A DNA stretch of 64,000 nucleotides, from positions 672,001 to 736,000 of the forward strand of contig OY762463.1 in assembly GCA_963665815.1 (NCBI GenBank), read 5' to 3'. This document shows positions 55,399 to 64,000 of this stretch, piece by piece (position 1 is the stretch's first letter; each line of letters opens with the position of its first letter). The notes under the pieces are model-generated. The model searched no databases and was not told the origin of the DNA. It saw nothing but the letters and a program-made list of their open reading frames with translations. Origin of the DNA: Candidatus Cloacimonadales bacterium. GTDB lineage: Bacteria > Cloacimonadota > Cloacimonadia > Cloacimonadales > JAIOQZ01. The position numbers and the translations under genes were made by a program.

Positions 55399-55763
55399 TA
55401 AACCGAGATCTTATCAGATAATATGTCAAGTTTCTTACTAATTACTATAACATTCCCTGAGTATCACTTAATTAGTCTTATTAATCCATATATAGATAAC
55501 TTTTACTAATCATCCTGTCATTCACAGCAACAACTTTTAACATTATGAAGTTTTTTACTTGCCTTATCTATATCATTTGTTTTATGATCTTATTTTCTTT
55601 TAAATTCTTATATTACATGTTTTTCTTAAACTTATGATATTGGAAATATATATGTTTGTAAACTTACAAATCATGCATGTCAACCTGAAATCAATTGTGA
55701 TTACTAGTTTTTCAGATTAGTATTCTATTGAATTTCCGATTATTTTGCTTTCAAATTATCTGC

Positions 55764-56519
55764 TTAGTTTTCATTGTTATACATCTCACTGATTGAGTCC
55801 GGTACAATAAACCAATCCTGAGTGTCTTCTTTATATTTACCATCTATCTTTTTTACCTGAAAGTCGTATAGTCCCTTCATCTTGTTGTCTTTAATGAAAG
55901 TCAGATCATCCCAGAACCGTGGATCAGGCAGGCAGTATTGATTTGAAATTACCCTGTAAGTATCGGTTTCCTTTCTAACTTTTCCTGCATACTTTAGCTT
56001 ATCATTGAAAACTTTTACGGAAGATTTTCTTATATGGTAACTGAAATAGTCAAAGAGAAATCTATCCTTTTGAGTATCAAATTTATTAGAGTTTTTATCC
56101 GGAATATAATACTTCAACTCAAACAACTTCCATAATTCATATTTCGTATTTCTCACACCTCTGAGAACAACTGCAGACCATGTTGATTCACTGCTATTAG
56201 CATTCATTTGCTTACAATAGCAAATGAAAGATATCATTTTTAATGAATCGGGACTATAAATAATATCCTGAACTTGATATTGAAGACCCAAATCAAGTGA
56301 ATCGAATACTGTCTTCATATAAGTCTCAACAAGCAAACTATCTCTGTACAGGAATCGTTTTCCGTTTTCCTTCTCTGATATATCAAGATACTTCTGATAA
56401 TTACCAGTTGCCTGTTTTGTCATTGTTTTTCTATAAAGTGTCCTGATACCAAACACAGTAAGACAGAATACAACACATAACGTTACAAGAAATACAATTA
56501 CATACATTGCACTTTTCAT
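55764..56519 (-). CDS. Hypothetical membrane-anchored protein
   Basis: GAGGT RBS and N-terminal TM helix; no motif recognised. Confidence 0.6.
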   Translation of the reverse strand: MKSAMYVIVFLVTLCVVFCLTVFGIRTLYRKTMTKQATGNYQKYLDISEKENGKRFLYRDSLLVETYMKTVFDSLDLGLQYQVQDIIYSPDSLKMISFICYCKQMNANSSESTWSAVVLRGVRNTKYELWKLFELKYYIPDKNSNKFDTQKDRFLFDYFSYHIRKSSVKVFNDKLKYAGKVRKETDTYRVISNQYCLPDPRFWDDLTFIKDNKMKGLYDFQVKKIDGKYKEDTQDWFIVPDSISEMYNNEN

Positions 56520-56547
56520 TATTTACCTCAGTACCGGCAAGTTGATA

Positions 56548-59028
56548 TTATTTCTTTTTCTTTGCTCTCTTATGCAGTCTAATCATGGATTTCACAAGGA
56601 ACGATTCATCATTTTCCATTGTGTAGAGAATTTCATCTGTTTCATCGGTTTTGAAAGCTTTTAGTGAAGCAGCGGTAATAAATCTCAGTTTTTCAGAGCT
56701 ATTCGTAGTAAAGCTTTTGAGAATATTAATACTTTCGTTTGTATGAAGTGCTCCAAGAGCACTCAGACAGGTTGCAACATATTGCTTGTTATCTATGAAC
56801 CCTTTTATTCTGCTTACATAAGTTGTATCTTTTTTTGACGCAATAAACCTAATAGTGTTCTTTACTGAAGTTGAATCTTCGAGTTCAAGACCTTTTGGGA
56901 AATACTGATTCATTGCATCACTTTCTTTCAGAAATCTGCCAATTGCACGCAGGACAAGACCGGACTTCGTATTCATTCTGTTGTTAAATATATATTCTGC
57001 AGCTTCTTCGTCTCTCTTAAAAAGGATACTGAGAGCTTTTTCAACACGTTCCTTATTATTTCCTACTCCCCACTCCGAAGCTATACCAAAGATCTCTTTG
57101 ATTGCAGCGGTAGAATCTACTTCCGCAGCCATTTCTTCAGCTTCTTCCTCAATCTTCTTCTGAACTTCTACCATGAGTGTATCAATTCCAAAACCATACA
57201 TGTCTGTTATCCAGCGAGAGTTTTCTCCAACAGCACTTCTGGAGCTGTCTGCAGGTACAGGATATTGGTCTTTACCTCCTGTATCCATGAATATTCCTAT
57301 TCCTCCGGCACTTCTCGCCGTGTTTGCAAATCCGAAATTTTCTCTTTTCTGCATTTGATACTTATCGTCACCTGATCTATCAATGAAAACACCTACTGAG
57401 TTTGTAAGTCCCAATCCGTTACCACCTTCTACAGAGTAAGAGTCATTGCCGGAATGGTCAATCATAAATCCAACACCATAGTCGTGTCCAGCTCCCTGTC
57501 CCGGTCCATGCTTGGAATGATAATGATCTTCTCCTTCACCATCAAACAGGAATCCTGCAGCAAGGTGAATTCCGCTTCCCTGAGGATAGTAAACAGAGTT
57601 ATAAAAATCGTTTCCGGCATCATCAAGAAGCATTCCCAGTGCATACCAGTATGCTCCCGCTTGAGAGTATACTCCCCCCATATATCTATCGTTCCCGGCG
57701 TGGTCGAATAATATACCAACTCCACCACCCATTTTGCCGCGGAAACCAAAACTGAAACCCTGGCCCATACTTCGACTGTCATATGGTGCTAACGGTTTGT
57801 GCATATATTTACCACCTGCAAAATAAATATCACTGCCTTCCAGATCAGCAAGTATACCAACACCGAGTGGTCCTGCATAACCTTCACCGTATTGAGTAGT
57901 GTTATACATATCGTTTCCAGATCTGTCTACATGCACTCCCAATCCGAAAGTTGATGCACCAAGACTGTGATATCCTGTTCTATATGAATCATTTCCACTA
58001 TGGTCTTCAGCATAGAAATAGCCGAAGATTGATGAGAATGACATATCACCAATGTCATAGTAGTCATCCCCTTCAAGATCACTAAATACGCTGAATCCAC
58101 CTATTGCAGAAAGCATGGCTGCCATATCATTATTGCGATAAACATCATCACCTTTGAAGTCAATAATCATACTTAATGGTGATCCGAATGTTGAGCTGAT
58201 ATTACATTCATAAGTATCATTACCTGCAAAATCTACGATTATACAACAATCATCAGTATATACATCATCATTGGTTGAGCCTATCACAATCTTACCGAAA
58301 TGTGTTTTCTTAACGTATGGTTTTTTAAGCTTCATTTCCTCGTTTTTGTATTCTTCTATAACTACTTCTGCAACAGCTTTCAGCCTGTAACCGGCATAAA
58401 GCAGTGCTTCAAAATTAATTTTCTTTATAATTGGTATAATTGTATCTTCTGTTGAAATTCCTTCAATTTGATTTAAATTAAGCTTCCTTAAAATGGCATT
58501 TATTTTGAGACTATCCTCAGCCTCTCCATACATACTAAGTGCATAAGCAGTTAATGTGTCTCTTTCAGCCTCAGTGACATGTTCCCAGGCAATTTTGTGT
58601 ACAACATTTATCTCTGCTCTACAAGCACTTAGATAATCAGGCAGGTGCTTTTTCTTGTTCTTAACTAAATCCTTGAACATTTTTCTGTAGTGATCAGAAA
58701 AATTTAAGTCTTCTCTACTGTTTTCTACAAGAATAGATACAGCAAGATTATTTATGTCATAAGGATTACTTCTTTTAAGTATATTTCTCACGGAATCAGC
58801 AAATTCTGCATAATATAAAGGATCAGACAGAACTTTCAGCACAACGGGTAGCTTGAATTGTGTATCACTACCCCAATCTTTGAGAAAGTTCAAATCATTA
58901 AGATTAAGCTGTCTCCTGCTCAACATATCTTCAATCAGTTTGATTTCCTGATCATTTATGATTTCCGCATAAATATTATTAAATCCCAGCACAATAAACA
59001 TTAATAAAAAAATAGTTATTCTCTTCAT
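56548..59028 (-). CDS. Exported protein with DxxG(N/D)DxY repeats and C-terminal HEAT-like repeats
   Basis: Signal peptide from ATG 59028; about 12 DxxGxDxY repeats; helical C-terminus (ALGAL, RFITAASL). Confidence 0.75.
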   Translation of the reverse strand: MKRITIFLLMFIVLGFNNIYAEIINDQEIKLIEDMLSRRQLNLNDLNFLKDWGSDTQFKLPVVLKVLSDPLYYAEFADSVRNILKRSNPYDINNLAVSILVENSREDLNFSDHYRKMFKDLVKNKKKHLPDYLSACRAEINVVHKIAWEHVTEAERDTLTAYALSMYGEAEDSLKINAILRKLNLNQIEGISTEDTIIPIIKKINFEALLYAGYRLKAVAEVVIEEYKNEEMKLKKPYVKKTHFGKIVIGSTNDDVYTDDCCIIVDFAGNDTYECNISSTFGSPLSMIIDFKGDDVYRNNDMAAMLSAIGGFSVFSDLEGDDYYDIGDMSFSSIFGYFYAEDHSGNDSYRTGYHSLGASTFGLGVHVDRSGNDMYNTTQYGEGYAGPLGVGILADLEGSDIYFAGGKYMHKPLAPYDSRSMGQGFSFGFRGKMGGGVGILFDHAGNDRYMGGVYSQAGAYWYALGMLLDDAGNDFYNSVYYPQGSGIHLAAGFLFDGEGEDHYHSKHGPGQGAGHDYGVGFMIDHSGNDSYSVEGGNGLGLTNSVGVFIDRSGDDKYQMQKRENFGFANTARSAGGIGIFMDTGGKDQYPVPADSSRSAVGENSRWITDMYGFGIDTLMVEVQKKIEEEAEEMAAEVDSTAAIKEIFGIASEWGVGNNKERVEKALSILFKRDEEAAEYIFNNRMNTKSGLVLRAIGRFLKESDAMNQYFPKGLELEDSTSVKNTIRFIASKKDTTYVSRIKGFIDNKQYVATCLSALGALHTNESINILKSFTTNSSEKLRFITAASLKAFKTDETDEILYTMENDESFLVKSMIRLHKRAKKKK

Positions 59029-59175
59029 ACATTTTTCCTGTTCTTTTTTTTTGTCGAGAATCTTTAAATCAATTTCTTTTTGCAATCTTTTTTTGTATGA
59101 AATGTCTTTTTTTAGAAATCTGAACAAAATAATTGTCTAAAATTGTCCTTAACTGATATTTGAATCGGAGATAAA

Positions 59176-60351
59176 ATGAAGAAACTAATCATTGAAATAA
59201 CATTATTTATAATTGTCATGACTGCCATATCTGCACTGTTCATCAGCTCAGATTGGGATATTCAACTACAGAAACCATTTTATAACACTTCTGAAGGCTG
59301 GTTTATGAAGGACAGTCAACCATGGAAGTTACTGTACAAAGCCGGTACAATCCCTGGCTTGCTGTTGGCTGTATCAGGGATAGTCCTCCTGATTTTATCT
59401 TTTACAAAGAGCAAATATCTAAAATATCGTAAAATCGGAGCGTTCATTCTTTTAGTTATGATTATTGCTCCAGGGATTATTGTAAATGCAGGTTTCAAGG
59501 ATCATTGGGGAAGGATACGGCCACGTAACATTCAGGAGTTCAACGGAAAATACGAATATATAGAATTATGGGAGAAGGGTATAACCGGAAAAGGTAAATC
59601 ATTCCCATGTGGTCATGCTTCCATGGGATTTTATTTCTTCGTCTTATTTTTTCTTTATAGAAAATCAAACAAAAAAGCGGCAATATTCTGGTTTGTATTT
59701 GCCATGGTTTATGGCACACTTATTGGGATAGCCAGAATGATCGGTGGAGGTCATTTTGCAAGTGATGTCCTCTGGGCGGGAGCTTTTGTTTATATTACCT
59801 GCATTATCCTGTATTACTCTCTTGGAATGTCAAAAGATGTTTATTACGTCTCAGAATCTGCATTCAAAGTCAGAAAAACACCGATAATCATTCTAAGTCT
59901 TATGCTGGGCGGATTAATTGCCTTCTATCTCACCAGTATCCCATACTATAAGGACAGACATTTCTCAGCCGGTAAAAACATTGAAAAGGCAGTATTCAAT
60001 ATAGATAATGGCAACATTGAAATTAATGTTTGTGACTCGCTTGTTGTAAAAAGTCAAATACATGGTTTCGGATTTCCTGAAAGCAGCATTAAGCAGAAGC
60101 TGACAAAAGACAATGGACTGGCAGAATTTTCATCAAAGACAAAAGGGCTTTTCACAGAACTTAACATGACGACTACTCTGGGAATTGACAGACAGACAGA
60201 TTCCATTTTTGTCTATTTGAAATCGGATAAATCAGCTCTTGTAATTGATTCTTTGAAAAACAAAGACTTTACGGAGATTATTCTTAATGGTAACAAAATA
60301 AAAAATGCTGAAGCCCGGGAAGATGTTATGTATATAATTATTGTGAAGTAG
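59176..60351 (+). CDS. PAP2-family membrane phosphatase with a C-terminal soluble extension
   Basis: KDHWGRIRP, SFPCGH and ARMIGGGHFASD correspond to the C1, C2 and C3 motifs. Confidence 0.88.
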   Translation: MKKLIIEITLFIIVMTAISALFISSDWDIQLQKPFYNTSEGWFMKDSQPWKLLYKAGTIPGLLLAVSGIVLLILSFTKSKYLKYRKIGAFILLVMIIAPGIIVNAGFKDHWGRIRPRNIQEFNGKYEYIELWEKGITGKGKSFPCGHASMGFYFFVLFFLYRKSNKKAAIFWFVFAMVYGTLIGIARMIGGGHFASDVLWAGAFVYITCIILYYSLGMSKDVYYVSESAFKVRKTPIIILSLMLGGLIAFYLTSIPYYKDRHFSAGKNIEKAVFNIDNGNIEINVCDSLVVKSQIHGFGFPESSIKQKLTKDNGLAEFSSKTKGLFTELNMTTTLGIDRQTDSIFVYLKSDKSALVIDSLKNKDFTEIILNGNKIKNAEAREDVMYIIIVK

Positions 60352-60372
60352 TTAAATTCAAAAATAATTGTA

Positions 60373-63288
60373 CTATTTCACCTTATTGTCCTGACTGTTT
60401 TTCAAGTATTCTTTATTCTTGCGTAAAGGTTCTTTAGACAGGAACTTCATTGAAGAATCAACTTCTCCCCATTTACCAAATATTGAATAACTCGCTATTG
60501 ACACACCATTGCCATCGGTTAGCATTTTTATTATGGGAACTTTATTCATGAAATCACTGAGTTTCTGGAACAGAGAAATCTCACCTGAAAGGTTTATCTC
60601 CTTTTCATTAAGGAAACCATGAGAAGTTATATAGAGCCCGGGATTAACAAGCTGGACATTTGAGAAGTCAATTCTTTTATCTTTCCAGTCATAATTAAAA
60701 GTCAATTTTTCAAATGGAACACCTCCGGTCTTAAATCCTTCTGCAAAACCTTTGAGAGATCCCATACTGATAAATTTCGCAGATGTTGGAGTATCGAGTA
60801 TTACAAAATCCTTAACCTCAACTTTTCCCTTGAGTGCTTTTTTTATGCCGTCAGGCTGTATTGAAACAGAGACTTTCCCTGCTTTAACATTATCATATAA
60901 CTCAAGATCTTTCAGGAGTTCCCCAAGATTATCAAACTCCATTTCATATGTAGAATTATCAGCAGCTTTTTTAACAGTAAACTTATCTGTTTCATTTATG
61001 TATGCATCAATGGAAGCATCAATAATTTTTTTATTTCCGGCTTTGAACTTGAAATTAACTTTACTAAGCAATTTTTCTTTCTTAAAATAAAGCGCATCAG
61101 TATCGACTTTCAGATCCATATTTCTCATACTGGATCCTTCCTCAGAATTGAGGTTCATATTAGCAATAAGTGCAAGATTAAGAGATGTTCCATCATAAAT
61201 CATCTTATTAGAATCTTTGTTCTTTATGTATCTGAATAATCCATTGCAATTCTGAACATTTTTAATCTGAAATGTAACATTCTGTTCAAGATCATTAAAT
61301 CTGGCATTAAGCTGTACAGATGCTTTGCCTGACCTGTATTTAACTCCTTCAAGTGAAAAACCATTATCAAAAAGTTTCATGGAGCCTTTGATAGTGCTGA
61401 TTTCATTTCTATTCTTCAGAATATTCCGCTTTTTATCGGTTATCATCACATCGGTTGCAATTGAATTAATGTCTATTTTCAGTTGATCTTCAAGGAAATT
61501 GTATTTACCTCTTATCTCCTGCTGTCCTCTCAGGAATAAGGGAAGATTAAGGCTTTTACTTGACTGTTCATTCCAGTAAAGAGTAGCATCAAAACTGCTT
61601 GCACCTGTATTTAAGTTAGTTCTCCAGTCACATCTGGAGTTAAGATGATTATAAACAGTAGAGGTTTTCACATAAATTTTGTCTGTCTGAATCCTGATTC
61701 TTGTTTGATCAGTATATACAGAATCCAATCCGAATATATTAGAGTAGCTGTTTTTTGCAGTACCTTTATAATCGACATTCAACTCTGTGAACTCTTTTAT
61801 GTCTTTCAAAGGGAAATGTAATGATAGTTCAGACTCTGCATTCCCCCCTTCCAGTTTAGTCTTGTTCAGAAACTCAGAACTGTTATCAGTAATTGCTCTG
61901 GCAAAAACCATGACATCCTCTGTTGGTCCGATTGCATTACCGCTGATATCAAAGTATTTAACATCGTCTCTGAAATCGCTGAGAAGCAGTTTGCAATTCT
62001 TAAGATGCGAATTAAGCATTTTCCCGTAAGAAAAATCTATAGATAGTCTTTTGGTGTTTACTTTTAGTAAGCCTGAAGCATCTGTTATCTCGGGATAATC
62101 AAGAACATATTCGAACTTGAAATTATTGAAAGGCATTGTTACCTGAAAATCGAAATCAGGTTTCAGATCCTCTTTTTTGGGAATTGAAAACTCTACAAAA
62201 ATTGATCCATTCTGCATTTTCCCGGAATGGATATGAGACTCAATCCAGTTACATGTTACCGGAGCAAATTCAAATGGAGCATACTTGGAAAAGACTTCTT
62301 TATTAAAGGCTGAAACCCAGAGTTTTGTCATAAATTCAATTTTTTCAGGCGATTCAGTAGCGTATACAGATCCGTGGAAATTAAGGTCTTTATTTCTTAT
62401 TTTAACATCTTCTATTGAGATAACCTGCTCGCGCTTTATTTCAATCCCCTTAAAATCAATCTGATCTATGTAATAAGGATCTTTTTTTACATTAGATGCA
62501 AAAACTTCAATGTTCTTAACTGTTGCAGAACTTTTTGAAAAATTCATAAGGTTATTCTGATCTACTTCAGCAAGAACGTTAAGAAGAATTTCTCCTTTAA
62601 TATCAGGAAGTTTCACACCTTTAACATAAGCATAGGCATCCTGAACACTGAATTTACTAAGAAAGCCATCCAGAGTAAACAAATCAGGATTCTTCTTCCT
62701 CTCGAGGTTTACATAGAAGTTTGACCTTTTATCCTGTGATGTGATAAAATCACCTGAAAGCTTATAAGGACCATTAAAAATCCTTCTTGCATGTACTTTC
62801 TCCACGAGAAGAGATGTATATTCATACTCAAGTTTTAGAGAACTAATCTTCAGAATAATGTTAAGATTATCAATCTTCTTCAAAATCCTGTATATTGGAA
62901 ATTCATTCTTTTTCTTCTCATCATCAATTGTTCCGGACATAAACCGGATTGTACATTCACTGATATCAGCCGAAAAAATTCTATATCTGTTTCTTAATAA
63001 TTGCCAGGCAGATAACGTAACATCAACATTGCTCATACTGAAGTTTATTTTGCCATTCAAAACTGCGTTTTCAATATGTATAACAGGTATGAAAAGCCTT
63101 TTCCATCTCAGTTCAAGATCTGAAATGGTTACATCTGAACCGGTGATTATATTTTTTACACTTGATTCCAAGTATGGTTTCAGGAAATTTATATCTTTCT
63201 TTCCAATTCTAAGCCAGGCATAGCTTGATATAATTAACATAGTGACTGACAAAAGAATTATGGTTACTATCTTAGGTATCTTCTTCAT
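60373..63288 (-). CDS. AsmA-like/YhdP (DUF3971-type) lipid-bridge protein
   Basis: N-terminal TM helix, long beta-rich body, WIESHIHSG segment, and an AsmA_2-like C-terminus (GVPFEKL, INLSG, VPII). Confidence 0.7.
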   Translation of the reverse strand: MKKIPKIVTIILLSVTMLIISSYAWLRIGKKDINFLKPYLESSVKNIITGSDVTISDLELRWKRLFIPVIHIENAVLNGKINFSMSNVDVTLSAWQLLRNRYRIFSADISECTIRFMSGTIDDEKKKNEFPIYRILKKIDNLNIILKISSLKLEYEYTSLLVEKVHARRIFNGPYKLSGDFITSQDKRSNFYVNLERKKNPDLFTLDGFLSKFSVQDAYAYVKGVKLPDIKGEILLNVLAEVDQNNLMNFSKSSATVKNIEVFASNVKKDPYYIDQIDFKGIEIKREQVISIEDVKIRNKDLNFHGSVYATESPEKIEFMTKLWVSAFNKEVFSKYAPFEFAPVTCNWIESHIHSGKMQNGSIFVEFSIPKKEDLKPDFDFQVTMPFNNFKFEYVLDYPEITDASGLLKVNTKRLSIDFSYGKMLNSHLKNCKLLLSDFRDDVKYFDISGNAIGPTEDVMVFARAITDNSSEFLNKTKLEGGNAESELSLHFPLKDIKEFTELNVDYKGTAKNSYSNIFGLDSVYTDQTRIRIQTDKIYVKTSTVYNHLNSRCDWRTNLNTGASSFDATLYWNEQSSKSLNLPLFLRGQQEIRGKYNFLEDQLKIDINSIATDVMITDKKRNILKNRNEISTIKGSMKLFDNGFSLEGVKYRSGKASVQLNARFNDLEQNVTFQIKNVQNCNGLFRYIKNKDSNKMIYDGTSLNLALIANMNLNSEEGSSMRNMDLKVDTDALYFKKEKLLSKVNFKFKAGNKKIIDASIDAYINETDKFTVKKAADNSTYEMEFDNLGELLKDLELYDNVKAGKVSVSIQPDGIKKALKGKVEVKDFVILDTPTSAKFISMGSLKGFAEGFKTGGVPFEKLTFNYDWKDKRIDFSNVQLVNPGLYITSHGFLNEKEINLSGEISLFQKLSDFMNKVPIIKMLTDGNGVSIASYSIFGKWGEVDSSMKFLSKEPLRKNKEYLKNSQDNKVK

Positions 63289-63437
63289 ATTACATCTTCT
63301 CTGATGTATGAATTTCAAGTGCAAAAAAATAGTCAATACAAATCTGATTTTTTATACTCCTGTCAAAAATATATTGACGATTAATATTAAACAGACTTTT
63401 TTAAATTGATTAAACTGGCAGTATTATCGGAGTCAAA

Positions 63438-64000
63438 ATGAAATTCAAATTTTTCATTATTCTATTGATTATCTGGATTGCAATCAAGCTTGATGCTTCA
63501 GAAACAAGAACTTATACATGGAATTTCCTTGGATCAAGCTGGACGTTTGAGCTTGAGCTGAATGAAGAATCCATGAAATTCTATAAATCAAGATCCCGAC
63601 TCAGGGATTATGACCTTTATGTTACAGATTCTTTCGATGATAAGTTCATCAAGTCAGTTGTAAGCTCACTTGAGAAGGCTGCAGAAGAAAACAATATCCC
63701 TCAATCACAGGTTCCACACTTTGTGATTTCTTTTGTGCAGCATCTCCCCTATACTGAAGACAATGTAACAGCGGGATTTGACGAATACCCAAGATTTCCC
63801 TATGAAACATTATATGAGAATGGTGGTGACTGTGAAGATACATCGATTCTGGTATCCGCACTTCTCAGAGAAATGGGTTACGATGTTGTGCTGCTTAAAT
63901 ACAAATCTCATCTTGCTGTTGGTGTTATGGCGAAACTTGCCGGTGGAAGCTATTTCATTCATAACAACCAAAAGTACTATTACCTGGAAACAACCGGAAG
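63438..64000 (+). CDS. Secreted transglutaminase-like cysteine protease-fold protein, runs off the window edge
   Basis: Hand translation from ATG 63438: MKFKFFIILL...FVQHLPY...EYPRFPYETLYENGGDCEDTSIL...HLAVG...YYYLETTG, giving a C-H-E triad pattern. Confidence 0.85.
   Translation, partial: MKFKFFIILLIIWIAIKLDASETRTYTWNFLGSSWTFELELNEESMKFYKSRSRLRDYDLYVTDSFDDKFIKSVVSSLEKAAEENNIPQSQVPHFVISFVQHLPYTEDNVTAGFDEYPRFPYETLYENGGDCEDTSILVSALLREMGYDVVLLKYKSHLAVGVMAKLAGGSYFIHNNQKYYYLETTG

Overview
AT-rich bacterial chromosomal window, probably from the FCB superphylum. The 42349-44331 protein ends in a YPNP...IYNIKGQKV...SGVYLY FlgD-Ig/Por-type sorting tail, which is typical of Ca. Cloacimonadota; this lineage call is inference. 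About 45 protein genes; no rRNA, tRNA, CRISPR array or transposase was recognised. Content in order: aspartokinase (partial), a cNMP/degenerate-GGDEF protein, maltodextrin genes (GH13, malQ), a PrxU-type peroxiredoxin, glycosyltransferase clusters, a polar amino-acid ABC transporter, two GH29 fucosidases with a GH2 beta-galactosidase, typA, a PHP/HD/MBL nuclease cluster, an ALDH7-type dehydrogenase, PAP2, a YhdP-like protein and a transglutaminase-like protein. The most unusual elements are four. (1) A 7-gene minus-strand cluster (18926-27516) links an NMT1-like binding protein, a Cache-HAMP-PP2C phosphatase, RsbW and RsbV to a membrane-anchored repeat protein, a gluzincin/beta-propeller/beta-barrel protein and a PrsW protease. 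It converges on an ABC transporter whose ATPase carries a degenerate RsbW-like domain and whose binding protein is circularly permuted. (2) A Moco/tungsten-cofactor-type riboswitch lies upstream of an NAD-dependent aldehyde dehydrogenase. (3) A 5-gene synthase-dependent exopolysaccharide-like operon (46447-55398). (4) A palindromic 25-bp duplication of the prx 3' end. All product calls come from motif reading only; no database searches were run.
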